Under the pieces are notes generated by a model. That model made no database searches, was not told the DNA's origin, and worked only from the letters and a program-made list of their open reading frames with translations. A stretch of DNA of 48,176 nucleotides from a virus (lineage: Duplodnaviria > Caudoviricetes): positions 1 to 48,176 of IMG/VR virus record IMGVR_UViG_3300037483_000119; one strand, 5' to 3'. This document shows, piece by piece, positions 1-8,350 of this stretch. Each line of letters opens with the position of its first letter. Within the stretch, counting starts at the first letter, position 1. A program made the position numbers and the translations under genes.

Positions 1-317
1 AAGACCTGGGATCCGCAGTGGTGGAGCTTCACCATGTGAACCTTGGCGGATACAACATCAACAACCCTGCCCCATTGCATGCCATCAAGGGCCAGATCAC
101 GGAGCTACCGGCATTGATTCTCACTGTCGCGAAAGCGGATCGACGGATGCATGTGTGTCCGGTGAAGAACAGGCATGGGCAATCGGATTACTCGGGAGGC
201 AAGTACGTGACATTGGACTTCCAGGAGGAGTGTGGGCGAATCACTGACATCGTTCATACGCCTATCCCCGTTCCGGCTCACGTGCCGGATTGGATGTATC
301 AGGTAGCTGATGCCTGA
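1..317 (+). CDS. 3' part of DnaB/RecA-like helicase (duplicate of the end of 46656-47501)
   Basis: Translation matches the C-terminus of the 46656-47501 ORF apart from a Y/F change. Confidence 0.85.
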   Translation, partial: DLGSAVVELHHVNLGGYNINNPAPLHAIKGQITELPALILTVAKADRRMHVCPVKNRHGQSDYSGGKYVTLDFQEECGRITDIVHTPIPVPAHVPDWMYQVADA

Positions 318-499
318 TGTGCCAGGTCGATTGCTTCGGATGTCAGATCTGCATCGAGCACATGCTTGAAGACCAATACGGCCCGGAGTGGTGGGATGCC
401 ATTGAAGATGCTGGGGAGAAGGGTCCACGAAAAGACCTGGTGCAACTGTTGCAAGTCGAAGAGGTCAGTCAAGCGCCAGGAGAGCCACCAATGGAGTAA
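317..499 (+). CDS. Small Cys-rich hypothetical protein (MCQVDCFGCQIC...)
   Basis: Start overlaps the helicase stop (TGATG); present in both repeat copies; 3' half overlaps the next ORF. Confidence 0.5.
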   Translation: MCQVDCFGCQICIEHMLEDQYGPEWWDAIEDAGEKGPRKDLVQLLQVEEVSQAPGEPPME

Positions 500-611
500 A
501 GAGATGATCGATGGGCTATGCACTGAATGCGGGCTGTTCTCCGCAGAGGAGTGCGTCAAACGCGGGAAGTTCTCTTTCTGCGATTGCGAAGAGGAGATCC
601 AGAGTGAGTAA
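396..611 (+). CDS. Small Cys-rich protein (LGRRVHEKTWCNCCKSKR...) with a 30-aa Cys-rich C-terminal module
   Basis: SNPs between the two repeat copies in the first part of this ORF are synonymous or conservative in this frame (acc/aca, agg/aga, aag/aaa, R/K, V/I). Confidence 0.6.
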   Translation: MPLKMLGRRVHEKTWCNCCKSKRSVKRQESHQWSKEMIDGLCTECGLFSAEECVKRGKFSFCDCEEEIQSE

Positions 612-801
612 GACGATCCGATGCAAGTGCGGCCGAAGGCTGACCGTCAACCATCGAAGCCACAAGCCAACATGCACATGCGGAAGGGTCATCCCAGCGG
701 TTGACCTCACTGCCCTATGGACGTCCACCTATGACGCATCCAGCTATGACAGTGGGTGCGACTCCGGAGGATCCTACGATGGGGGGTCGTGCTCCGCATG
801 A
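604..801 (+). CDS. Small Zn-ribbon protein (CKC...CTC) with Ser/Gly/Asp tail
   Basis: GTG start; conserved in the second copy (47698-47895). Confidence 0.65.
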   Translation: MSKTIRCKCGRRLTVNHRSHKPTCTCGRVIPAVDLTALWTSTYDASSYDSGCDSGGSYDGGSCSA

Positions 802-968
802 AGAAGTTCAATGGAGGAAACGTCTGCTTCATCTGTGATGGATGCAGAGTCATCACTGGTTACGAGTCACTCGGTGCAAAGGATGAACCATGCTCCGAAT
901 GCACTGGTAAAGGACCATTCAAGTCTACGCTCGACAGGATTCGGGCGATGTTCTCGGGGGATCAATAG
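798..968 (+). CDS. Small CxxC...CxxC protein
   Basis: ATGA overlap with the previous gene; conserved in the second copy. Confidence 0.65.
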   Translation: MKKFNGGNVCFICDGCRVITGYESLGAKDEPCSECTGKGPFKSTLDRIRAMFSGDQ

Positions 969-971
969 AGC

Positions 972-1166
972 ATGGATCCCAACGACCTAAAGCGCTACTT
1001 CGAGAAGTGGAAAGAGACTCTCGATTTCGCTTACGAGTACTTCACCAAACAGTCTGAGAGCTACGCAGCTCAGCACATCAATAAGAAGGTGATGTACTCG
1101 CCGATCTGTAATCGAATCTCCGAGATGATTGACGACATTCGGATCGTAGAGAACAGCATCGGATGA
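972..1166 (+). CDS. Hypothetical protein
   Basis: Tightly packed ORF in operon context. Confidence 0.65.
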   Translation: MDPNDLKRYFEKWKETLDFAYEYFTKQSESYAAQHINKKVMYSPICNRISEMIDDIRIVENSIG

Positions 1167-1270
1167 CCGATGATGGAGTCTGCGAAGAGTGCGGACTCTT
1201 CTCAATGGAAGAATGCATCAAGAGAGCGAAGTTCTCTTACTGCGCATGCGAGGAAGAGGGAATCGAATGA
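1163..1270 (+). CDS. 35-aa Cys-rich microprotein MTDDGVCEECGLFSMEECIKRAKFSYCACEEEGIE
   Basis: ATGA overlaps on both sides; paralogous to the module at 504-593. Confidence 0.7.
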   Translation: MTDDGVCEECGLFSMEECIKRAKFSYCACEEEGIE

Positions 1271-1365
1271 TCTGCACTCACTGTGCCACTGGTCATCCTG
1301 AACTCTGCAAGGGCAAGAAGCATAAGACCTGGTGTGACAACCAGCATCGAGAGGGAGAGCAATGA
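1267..1365 (+). CDS. 32-aa Cys/His microprotein MICTHCATGHPELCKGKKHKTWCDNQHREGEQ
   Basis: ATGA overlaps on both sides. Confidence 0.6.
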   Translation: MICTHCATGHPELCKGKKHKTWCDNQHREGEQ

Positions 1366-1634
1366 GTGACACTCTGAACATGGTCGATCGTCTCACTGCG
1401 GTCATGCGTGGAATGGAGAAGGCAGAGCAGCTCATGGATGAGTGCAAGGCCGTATCCAAGCGTCGCGTGGACGAGATCAGGGACATCGTCCCCACGCTGG
1501 AGAAGTGGGATAAGGCTCTCGACCTGATCGAGACCCTGTTCACTGCGAACATCGCAGCGGCTCACTCCATGAAGAAGGTCGCCACCATGATCGGTGAAAT
1601 CCACGATCGAATCGATGGGCTTGAGCGACCCTAG
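1362..1634 (+). CDS. Hypothetical helical/coiled-coil protein
   Basis: SD gagggag; ATGA overlap. Confidence 0.7.
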   Translation: MSDTLNMVDRLTAVMRGMEKAEQLMDECKAVSKRRVDEIRDIVPTLEKWDKALDLIETLFTANIAAAHSMKKVATMIGEIHDRIDGLERP

Positions 1635-1959
1635 GAAGGTCAGAGGGAGGAAGTCTGAACTCCTTCTACCTGACTACTGGTCCGATGTGTTCCCCGGTGT
1701 CGTTGCAGTACAGCCGTCACTGGGGGGCTTGGACCTGAAGAACACAGACCCATTCGGATTCGAAGTCAAGGCAAGGAAGGGACTCGATCTTCTCGCATGG
1801 ATGCGACAAGCACGCCGCAATACTGCGGAAGGCATGGTGCCCGTAGTCATTGCCCGAATGAATGGCCAGGGACCGCAGTCAATGGACGAGTGGTTTACTG
1901 TGACGAGACAAGCCGACTTCAAGAAGCTCGTGAGGTCATACATTGGCCTGGATCGATGA
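1615..1959 (+). CDS. Holliday junction resolvase-like PD-(D/E)XK nuclease
   Basis: RGRKSE...GLDL...FEVKAR motif order typical of Hjc-like phage resolvases; lies between helicase and primase. Confidence 0.7.
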   Translation: MGLSDPRKVRGRKSELLLPDYWSDVFPGVVAVQPSLGGLDLKNTDPFGFEVKARKGLDLLAWMRQARRNTAEGMVPVVIARMNGQGPQSMDEWFTVTRQADFKKLVRSYIGLDR

Positions 1960-2299
1960 GTATCACAGAGGATGGGATCGCAAATCTAGAGTGGCGGCAT
2001 CACGACCCATCCCAGAGGGATTGGGAGAAAGTGAATTCGGATCTCCGAGAGGCTTTGAAAGCCTTCTCTCTCTCGCAAGAGAAAACGGATGGGGAATCGG
2101 TTGTATTTCCCTTGTGGCCCGATTCAATCACCCTGCCGAAGCCATACCTCCGTTCTTCATGGAGTGGGAATATACCGCTGATGGTAAGTGGCAATTCCAA
2201 TCGGCCAAAGCCCGAAACGGTCAACGTCTCAACAATGCAGACTGCCGAGCAGTACTCAAACAACCAGAATACCTACTCAAGGAGGATCCCAATGGATAG
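1943..2299 (+). CDS. Hypothetical protein
   Basis: TTG start with upstream gaggt; protein-like composition throughout. Confidence 0.55.
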   Translation: MAWIDEYHRGWDRKSRVAASRPIPEGLGESEFGSPRGFESLLSLARENGWGIGCISLVARFNHPAEAIPPFFMEWEYTADGKWQFQSAKARNGQRLNNADCRAVLKQPEYLLKEDPNG

Positions 2300-2468
2300 C
2301 GAATTCGTCGAAGGCATCATCGACAGCCTTGTCAATGCTCGGGTGAACGAGGCCACCACTCGAACCAAGTACAACAAGGCCGTCACGGTTCTCCGTGACA
2401 TCCGTTCCCAGTTCGTTCCGTCGAGTGACCCGTATCGGAAGATCACCGAAGTTCTGGGCTCCTACTAG
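2292..2468 (+). CDS. Hypothetical protein (MDSEFVEGIIDSL...)
   Basis: Strong SD aggagg before ATG at 2292. Confidence 0.65.
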   Translation: MDSEFVEGIIDSLVNARVNEATTRTKYNKAVTVLRDIRSQFVPSSDPYRKITEVLGSY

Positions 2469-2472
2469 ATCC

Positions 2473-2895
2473 ATGGGTTACGACATCGGGAAAGTCCTTG
2501 ACTACTACGATGTCAGTACGCCGCGTGATTCCGGGAACGTGATTATCAAATGTCCGTTCCCGGATCACAATGAGCGGAACCCATCGTGTTCAATCCAGAT
2601 GACAGATGGGGTCTTCTTCTGTCATGCCTGCGAGCGCAGTGGCGGAGTCATTGACTTCATCATCGGCATGGAACCAGAGAAGATAGGAAGGGATGAGGCA
2701 AGACGCAGAGCAGAGGCAATCACTGGAGAGAGCCTGCGATCTGTATCAGAGTCAGATGACAGAGGCCGGTCTCTCCTACCTGCTTGGACGAGGAATAGAC
2801 CAATCAGTGGCGGAAGACTTCCGGCTAGGTCAAGTGGTGGATCCTCTTCCAACGGACAGAATCTATCGTGGAAGGATCGCTATTCCGGTCCTTAA
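2473..2895 (+). CDS. DNA primase, CHC2 zinc-binding domain (separate ORF)
   Basis: CPFPDH...PSCS...FFCHAC...GGVIDF. Confidence 0.85.
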   Translation: MGYDIGKVLDYYDVSTPRDSGNVIIKCPFPDHNERNPSCSIQMTDGVFFCHACERSGGVIDFIIGMEPEKIGRDEARRRAEAITGESLRSVSESDDRGRSLLPAWTRNRPISGGRLPARSSGGSSSNGQNLSWKDRYSGP

Positions 2896-3364
2896 AAGGA
2901 TCGGATGCACGGGCTTCTCATTCAGATGCATCGAAGACCACCACTGTAAGGACGTCGGTCATTCGAAGTATCTGACCAAGGGACCACAGCAGCTATTCAA
3001 CGTCAAAGCATTGGAGAGCAGTGATCGAGTCATCGGAATCACCGAAGGGCAATTCGACGGGATCATCAATTCCGGGATCGTCGGAATCCCCTCATGCGGG
3101 ATCCCAGGAGTCAAAGCGTGGAAGTCTCACCCCTGGTGGAAATCACTCTTTGCAGGACATCGAAGAGTATTGGTCTTCACAGACAACGATGCGGGAAAAG
3201 ATCGTAACTATGGGAGTGAGTTGGGTGATGCCATTTGCTCCGACATTCCTGCGGCTGAGATCATCTCTATGCCGGATCCTCCCGAAGGGAAAGACAAGAT
3301 GGATGTGACGGATACGGCACTCCAGTACGGTCCCGGTTACCTTCTCGAACTGGCAGGGATGTAG
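2693..3364 (+). CDS. DNA primase, catalytic TOPRIM domain
   Basis: YLLGRGI, RIAIP, KYL, ITEGQFD, FTDND motifs. Confidence 0.9.
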   Translation: MRQDAEQRQSLERACDLYQSQMTEAGLSYLLGRGIDQSVAEDFRLGQVVDPLPTDRIYRGRIAIPVLKRIGCTGFSFRCIEDHHCKDVGHSKYLTKGPQQLFNVKALESSDRVIGITEGQFDGIINSGIVGIPSCGIPGVKAWKSHPWWKSLFAGHRRVLVFTDNDAGKDRNYGSELGDAICSDIPAAEIISMPDPPEGKDKMDVTDTALQYGPGYLLELAGM

Positions 3365-3526
3365 ATGGACAGGACGGCAATCAGGGAATGGATTTACATC
3401 GCTCTCCTCATGACCGTTCTTCTCTTCGCCCTGAACCTTATCGGCGTGATGTGGTATCAGACCTTCCATACCACGTGCGATCTCAATTACCTCTACCAGC
3501 CTTACGGAGATACCTATGCCGGATAA
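3365..3526 (+). CDS. Small membrane protein
   Basis: 53 aa with hydrophobic stretch WIYIALLMTVLLFALNLIGVMWY. Confidence 0.6.
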   Translation: MDRTAIREWIYIALLMTVLLFALNLIGVMWYQTFHTTCDLNYLYQPYGDTYAG

Positions 3527-3722
3527 CCAAACACCACCAGGTGATCCGTCGATCGTACGAGAATACGATCTGATCATGGTCAATGGGGACAAGTACAAGC
3601 TCGATCTCAATGCCTCTGGTTACATCGGCCTTGTGCGCACGTTGGGGCGTACTGGTCCGTACAGTACCCAAGAGATCGACGTGAACAGTTTCATGATCTC
3701 TGCCATCGAAAAGAATTGGTGA
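3516..3722 (+). CDS. Hypothetical protein
   Basis: SD ggag; operon context. Confidence 0.6.
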   Translation: MPDNQTPPGDPSIVREYDLIMVNGDKYKLDLNASGYIGLVRTLGRTGPYSTQEIDVNSFMISAIEKNW

Positions 3723-3725
3723 CCG

Positions 3726-3971
3726 ATGCTAGAGGTCACGGTACGAGTCACTCGGACACCCATTCATCTCGAACAGATCCACATGATTGCCATTCACAAC
3801 ACGTCCATCATTGAGGATGATGGACGAACCGTGTATGACGTCTATCTCAATGGAGATAAGCAAGAGCCAGTGCAGCACTTCCGTAGAGATGGCGCTCTTG
3901 AACTCGTGAGGATCGCACTCGAACACACCAGGGAGAAGGATGAATACGGATACCAGGTATGTCAAGGATGA
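3726..3971 (+). CDS. Hypothetical protein (VQHFRRDGALELVRIAL motif)
   Basis: Operon context; motif resembles small actinophage proteins. Confidence 0.65.
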   Translation: MLEVTVRVTRTPIHLEQIHMIAIHNTSIIEDDGRTVYDVYLNGDKQEPVQHFRRDGALELVRIALEHTREKDEYGYQVCQG

Positions 3972-4055
3972 CGAGATCCAAGAGTGCCCACTCTTGCGAG
4001 AATGGGATTGGGCAGATGAAGACTGGTCGTGGAATGACCCGATGCTGGTGGCAGC

Positions 4056-4250
4056 ATGAGTGAGGTACCCGGACAGATGAAGATTCCGGTGCATTACTCG
4101 TACGGCACTCTTCCCATCATCAAAGAACTGTTCTCTTCCATCATCACCCGCTTGGAGATGCTGGCTGTTCATGTCGAGAAGGCATTGACCGTGAAGTCTT
4201 GCGAATGCGCAATGATTGCGGGACAGAGGGAGAACGACTGCAACAGTTAG
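4056..4250 (+). CDS. Hypothetical protein
   Basis: Ends just before an intrinsic terminator. Confidence 0.5.
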   Translation: MSEVPGQMKIPVHYSYGTLPIIKELFSSIITRLEMLAVHVEKALTVKSCECAMIAGQRENDCNS

Positions 4251-4263
4251 ACCGCATCACATC

Positions 4264-4299
4264 AGAGGCCCGCCGAAAGGTTGGGCCTCTCTTTTGTTT
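4264..4299 (+). terminator. Intrinsic terminator
   Basis: agaggccc-loop-gggcctct followed by cttttgttt. Confidence 0.75.
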
Positions 4300-4330
4300 G
4301 CCCATGCATCCCATCGGGGATCAACCAATC

Positions 4331-5152
4331 ATGCAGAAAGAACAGACAATCGTGATCGCACCCGATCTACAGGTGCCACTCCATGCAAGGAAGCATGTCG
4401 ACAACTTCATTGACTTCCTCAATGATTACCAGCCTTCAATGCTGGTCAATGTGGGGGACGATGCCGACTTCACCGAGGTAGGCCAATGGGTCCGAGGTCT
4501 GGCCAGAGAGTATGCGCCAACACTCCAGCGGAACGTGGACGCGACGCGCGATATCCACACACGCATGCGTGAGGCCATCGGAGATGTCCCGTACCACGTC
4601 TCTCGTTCCAATCACGGGGATCGAATGCGGAGATACATCGCTGCTCATGCTCCGGCACTCTCAACTCTTCGCTCACTGGATCTGAACGTTCTTCTCGGAT
4701 ACACAGACCTGGGGATCGAGTACCACAAGCAGCCTTTCGACATTGCCCCTGGCTGGCTCTGCGCCCATGGCGATGAAGGAACGATGTCACGCATTCCCGG
4801 TAAGACAGCTCTCGGACTAGCCGAGAAGTTCGGCAAGAGCGTGGTATGTGGTCACACACACAAAGCCGCTATCGTTCCATCAACGAGAGGATTCAATGGA
4901 ACAACGGTTAACACATTCGGCCTAGAAGTAGGCCATATGATGGATGTGAAGAAGGCTACGTACATGAAGGCCGGTCATGCGAACTGGCAAACCGCATTCG
5001 GGATTCTTCGCGTGAGAGGAAGTCGTGTCTATCCTCAACTGGTCTTCATCGAGAGTGATGGGTCGTTCTATGTGGACGGCAATTGCTATCCATCGTTTGT
5101 CAAGGAACTACGTCTTATCCATGAACTCATCAACGCAAAGGATGAAGCATAG
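4331..5152 (+). CDS. Calcineurin-like metallophosphoesterase
   Basis: DxQ, GDDAD, SNHG, HGD and GHTH motifs. Confidence 0.9.
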   Translation: MQKEQTIVIAPDLQVPLHARKHVDNFIDFLNDYQPSMLVNVGDDADFTEVGQWVRGLAREYAPTLQRNVDATRDIHTRMREAIGDVPYHVSRSNHGDRMRRYIAAHAPALSTLRSLDLNVLLGYTDLGIEYHKQPFDIAPGWLCAHGDEGTMSRIPGKTALGLAEKFGKSVVCGHTHKAAIVPSTRGFNGTTVNTFGLEVGHMMDVKKATYMKAGHANWQTAFGILRVRGSRVYPQLVFIESDGSFYVDGNCYPSFVKELRLIHELINAKDEA

Positions 5153-5153
5153 A

Positions 5154-5774
5154 ATGCTGAATGTCAGTCTTCACAGTGCTAACACGGTCACTGCCGATGA
5201 TGGTCCACTCATCACGTTCACTAAGTTCCCGAAGATTCCGCGTCTCTTCCAGACGCCTCAACAGAAGAAGGACATGAGCCCCACTCTCACCATCACCGAA
5301 AAGGTTGATGGGACGAATGGATGCATCGTCATCACGGAAGAGGGGAAAGTCGTTGCTCAGTCTCGTAATCGTTTTGTCTTCCCTGACAACGACAATCACG
5401 GCTTTGCTGCTTGGGTACAGGACAATGCGACTGCTCTATTCGAGACTCTCGGTGCAGGTCATCATTTTGGAGAGTGGTACGGGCAGGGCATCAACAGAGG
5501 CTATGGCCTCAAAGAGAAGAGGTTCGCTCTTTTCAATACCCATCGATGGGCCGAAGTAGAGGAAGAGTTCTCCATCCCTGGACTGGATGTCGTTCCAATC
5601 CTCCGATTGGTGTACGACTTCTCGATTCCGTCAGTGTTCGATGCAATCGAGTGGCTCAAAGAGCAGGGTTCATCGATCGCACCGGGGTTCATGAAGCCCG
5701 AAGGTGTGGTCATCTTCCATCATGCATCCGGCAGTCTCTTCAAGGTCCCATTCGATAAGGATCTCGATGGGTGA
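5154..5774 (+). CDS. RNA ligase (Rnl2-like nucleotidyltransferase)
   Basis: TITEKVDGTN (motif I KxDG), QSRNR, FGEW, FALFN, PEGVVI. Confidence 0.85.
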   Translation: MLNVSLHSANTVTADDGPLITFTKFPKIPRLFQTPQQKKDMSPTLTITEKVDGTNGCIVITEEGKVVAQSRNRFVFPDNDNHGFAAWVQDNATALFETLGAGHHFGEWYGQGINRGYGLKEKRFALFNTHRWAEVEEEFSIPGLDVVPILRLVYDFSIPSVFDAIEWLKEQGSSIAPGFMKPEGVVIFHHASGSLFKVPFDKDLDG

Positions 5775-6414
5775 GCCGAGGTATCCTCTGCACATGGCGA
5801 AGAACGTTGCCTATCAACTGCATCGCCAATACCCGATGGCAGAACGAGAGGATATCCTTCAAGAGCTATGCGTGTTCTGCATCGAGAACAAGCTGAACAC
5901 TCCTGACGAGAGTCTCGAAGATGACGAATACAATGCGGCATCTCAGACACTCCGCAGAGCATTGCGGAAGGCCGGTGATCGGTTCTGTCGGCAAGAGAAG
6001 GCTCTATCGAGTGGATACGATGTAGAGGATGAAGCCTTCTATTCGGTTGATCGTCTCAGGGAACTAGTGGAGACGTTCTATTCGGATGGGCTCACTGAGC
6101 ATCCTCCCATTGGGAGGACTGAGAGCGTCCGTCATACTGGAGACGGATCAGAGGCTGGTACATGGCTCTCGTCACTCATTGATGTCGAGCGGGGGCTATC
6201 CCTTCTCTCTCCTGAGTACAGCCATCGTCTCAGTGACCGATACAAGACCAATGCTCATATGAGTGACTCAGACTATGGATATGCCCATGGACTGACAGAG
6301 GATCAAGTGAGAGGTAGGACCAGGAGCGCTCTGAGAGCTCTCCAGAGGCACCTAGGGGGATCCAACCCCTGGAACCGTGGTCCTACCCCTCACAGCCAAG
6401 CTGACCAGGCTTAG
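5767..6414 (+). CDS. Sigma factor-like DNA-binding protein
   Basis: EREDILQEL region-2-like segment and C-terminal HTH-like segment (LIDVERGLSLL...LTEDQVRGRTRSALRALQRHLGG). Confidence 0.65.
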   Translation: MGEPRYPLHMAKNVAYQLHRQYPMAEREDILQELCVFCIENKLNTPDESLEDDEYNAASQTLRRALRKAGDRFCRQEKALSSGYDVEDEAFYSVDRLRELVETFYSDGLTEHPPIGRTESVRHTGDGSEAGTWLSSLIDVERGLSLLSPEYSHRLSDRYKTNAHMSDSDYGYAHGLTEDQVRGRTRSALRALQRHLGGSNPWNRGPTPHSQADQA

Positions 6415-6595
6415 CGTTGATCTGAGAGCCTTGCGGGACGCAACCGCATTCTCATGAGGCTCTCAGTCATTCTCTTCAATCGACTCTTCTTCATCCTCCG
6501 ATGCTTCGGGGAAAGCAAGTACGATGATCTTGCTTCCTTCTCTACGACAGGGAAGACCCATCCATGCATCATCACCCGTCGATGGTACCTGCTCT

Positions 6596-6937
6596 TCAGC
6601 CATCGATCTCCAGTGGGTTGACCGGATACCAAAGGATTGCGAAGGCCCAAATGTGCCGTTCGGTCTCCGATTGACGGAAGGGCGCACTTCCATGGCAGTG
6701 ATCGCCACGAATGATCTTCGCCCTTATCTCGTGCATACAGACTGGTGCTTTCCAACCACCAGTGAAACGATCCATCTCCTTGAGCAATAGCTGCTCAGAG
6801 TCGAAGACGGTCGCCCTTGCGGATTCATGGTCGGCATTGGTCACCGACCAATCAACCCATGCGTGCGCGGGTCCTTCCACGGGCGGCATGGTCTCTTCAT
6901 CCCATGGACCCATGTACTTGAAGAGCAGGTACGTCAC
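6596..6937 (-). CDS. Hypothetical protein
   Basis: ORF in leftward early array. Confidence 0.6.
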   Translation of the reverse strand: MTYLLFKYMGPWDEETMPPVEGPAHAWVDWSVTNADHESARATVFDSEQLLLKEMDRFTGGWKAPVCMHEIRAKIIRGDHCHGSAPFRQSETERHIWAFAILWYPVNPLEIDG

Positions 6938-7048
6938 TTCCTACGCCACCTTCTTCTGCCACACCGTGATGGCGTGCGACTTCGCGTTCGCTGACGTGTA
7001 GTCGAAGCTGTCCGTGTCTCCGTACACGTTGGGGTTCTCGTTCATTGT

Positions 7049-7357
7049 CTATTCACCCCCCTTCATCATCTCGTCAACCATGTCCCTGAGTAGGGGCAAT
7101 TGGTTTGGGTCGAAGAGCAGCGAGATCACTATGCCCTTGTTCGACCGCATCTGAATGATCGGCAGCATTTCGTCACCGAAAGGCATCGAACCATCCATGC
7201 GATCAATGATCGCCATCTGCCCCTTGCGGAAACCATCGACAATGAACAAATCATCCATGTCAACGGTACAGATTTGCTTACCTTCTAGCATCCACTCGCT
7301 TTCTCCCCGTAGATGGATAAAGTCTGGCGATCCGATTGAGCCAAGAAGTACGCGCAT
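7049..7357 (-). CDS. Hypothetical protein (true start may be near 7291)
   Basis: ORF in leftward early array. Confidence 0.55.
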   Translation of the reverse strand: MRVLLGSIGSPDFIHLRGESEWMLEGKQICTVDMDDLFIVDGFRKGQMAIIDRMDGSMPFGDEMLPIIQMRSNKGIVISLLFDPNQLPLLRDMVDEMMKGGE

Positions 7358-7436
7358 CCAACCAGCCCAATGCGATCAATCGGATTCTTATGTGGCTGTC
7401 CATCGGCATTGTCCAGGCCGATTTACGCCAGGCAAT

Positions 7437-7895
7437 TCACTCGCCTTCGAAGAACGGCAAGCCCGTCTCTTCCGCTATGTCAACGAACGCCGTGTTCGTC
7501 TCCTCTCGTAGCTTGGTTTCCATCATCAGCTTGTAATCATGGTCGGTTCGTCCAAGGTCCGACAGTTGAACTGTCACCGTGATCGCCATGATATGGAACA
7601 CGGCGAGTAGAACCTTCTGCCTTTCACCCCCTTCATTGGATCCGAAGTGGAGAGTGTGATAGTCACGAATGTGACCGGTGTTCTCTCCATTTGGCGTGTG
7701 CTGGTACATCCTCGCTTCGATCATCTCCGTGAACATCGAACGGACACGATTGATCGCTGGTGTGTCACGTGAGTCAGCACACACACGCATGCCCGGTGAT
7801 TCGGAGAAGACCTGACCATTCACGAGCGTGAATGCGTACGTGGCACGCACACTCTTGTATGGCTCCTTTGCCGGATCCCAATCGTCAGGGATCAT
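7437..7895 (-). CDS. Hypothetical protein
   Basis: SD aaagggg before ATG at 7895. Confidence 0.7.
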   Translation of the reverse strand: MIPDDWDPAKEPYKSVRATYAFTLVNGQVFSESPGMRVCADSRDTPAINRVRSMFTEMIEARMYQHTPNGENTGHIRDYHTLHFGSNEGGERQKVLLAVFHIMAITVTVQLSDLGRTDHDYKLMMETKLREETNTAFVDIAEETGLPFFEGE

Positions 7896-7906
7896 TAGGC
7901 CCCCTT

Positions 7907-8350
7907 TCACTCCATCATCCAAGACAACCATGGTGGTAGGTTGTGGATCTCCCTTCCCCTAAGGCCATTCAAAGACGCGAGATTGACCACTGCCCGATGC
8001 CCCCAAAGGGCATGCTCTCTCGTGTCCCATCTCCATTGACCAAGCGTCTCGAACCATGTGGATGGTTCGGAGGCACGGTATTGGGACGGAAGGGCATCCA
8101 TGAATGCCATCGTCTCGAAGATCTTGCGTTCGCCCATGCCGCAAGACATGTCGATGCCGATCCAAACGGTAGAGATGCGAACCCTACCGATGAGAGTCTC
8201 TGCAACCCTCTTGTGCCAGTCGCTTTTGCAGTACTCGACCCACTCCCACAGGTTGATCGGTTCACCCTCAGGAGACCAGTAGATGTATCGATCTTCGATC
8301 GGCACCTTGACGACAGTGCCATTGATGGAGTCCCCCGACTCATCAGTCAT
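7907..8350 (-). CDS. Hypothetical protein (ISTVWIGID...IFETMAF motif)
   Basis: ATGA overlap; recognisable uncharacterised phage motif. Confidence 0.75.
   Translation of the reverse strand: MTDESGDSINGTVVKVPIEDRYIYWSPEGEPINLWEWVEYCKSDWHKRVAETLIGRVRISTVWIGIDMSCGMGERKIFETMAFMDALPSQYRASEPSTWFETLGQWRWDTREHALWGHRAVVNLASLNGLRGREIHNLPPWLSWMME

Larger units (their letters stand above)
1..1082. repeat. Terminal direct repeat, copy 1 (diverged allele; circular-genome overlap)
   Basis: Starts aagacctgggatccgcagtgg and ends cagcacatcaat, exactly as 47185-48176; internal SNPs and a 90-bp indel. Confidence 0.95.

Noticed and set aside
1-1082. Diverged repeat pair as a DGR template/variable region
   Set aside because: Differences are not adenine-specific, are largely synonymous, and no reverse transcriptase is present.
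1797-2291. N-terminal part of the 223-aa ORF 1797-2468
   Set aside because: Overlaps the resolvase and the more protein-like 1943-2299 ORF; a strong SD supports a start at 2292.
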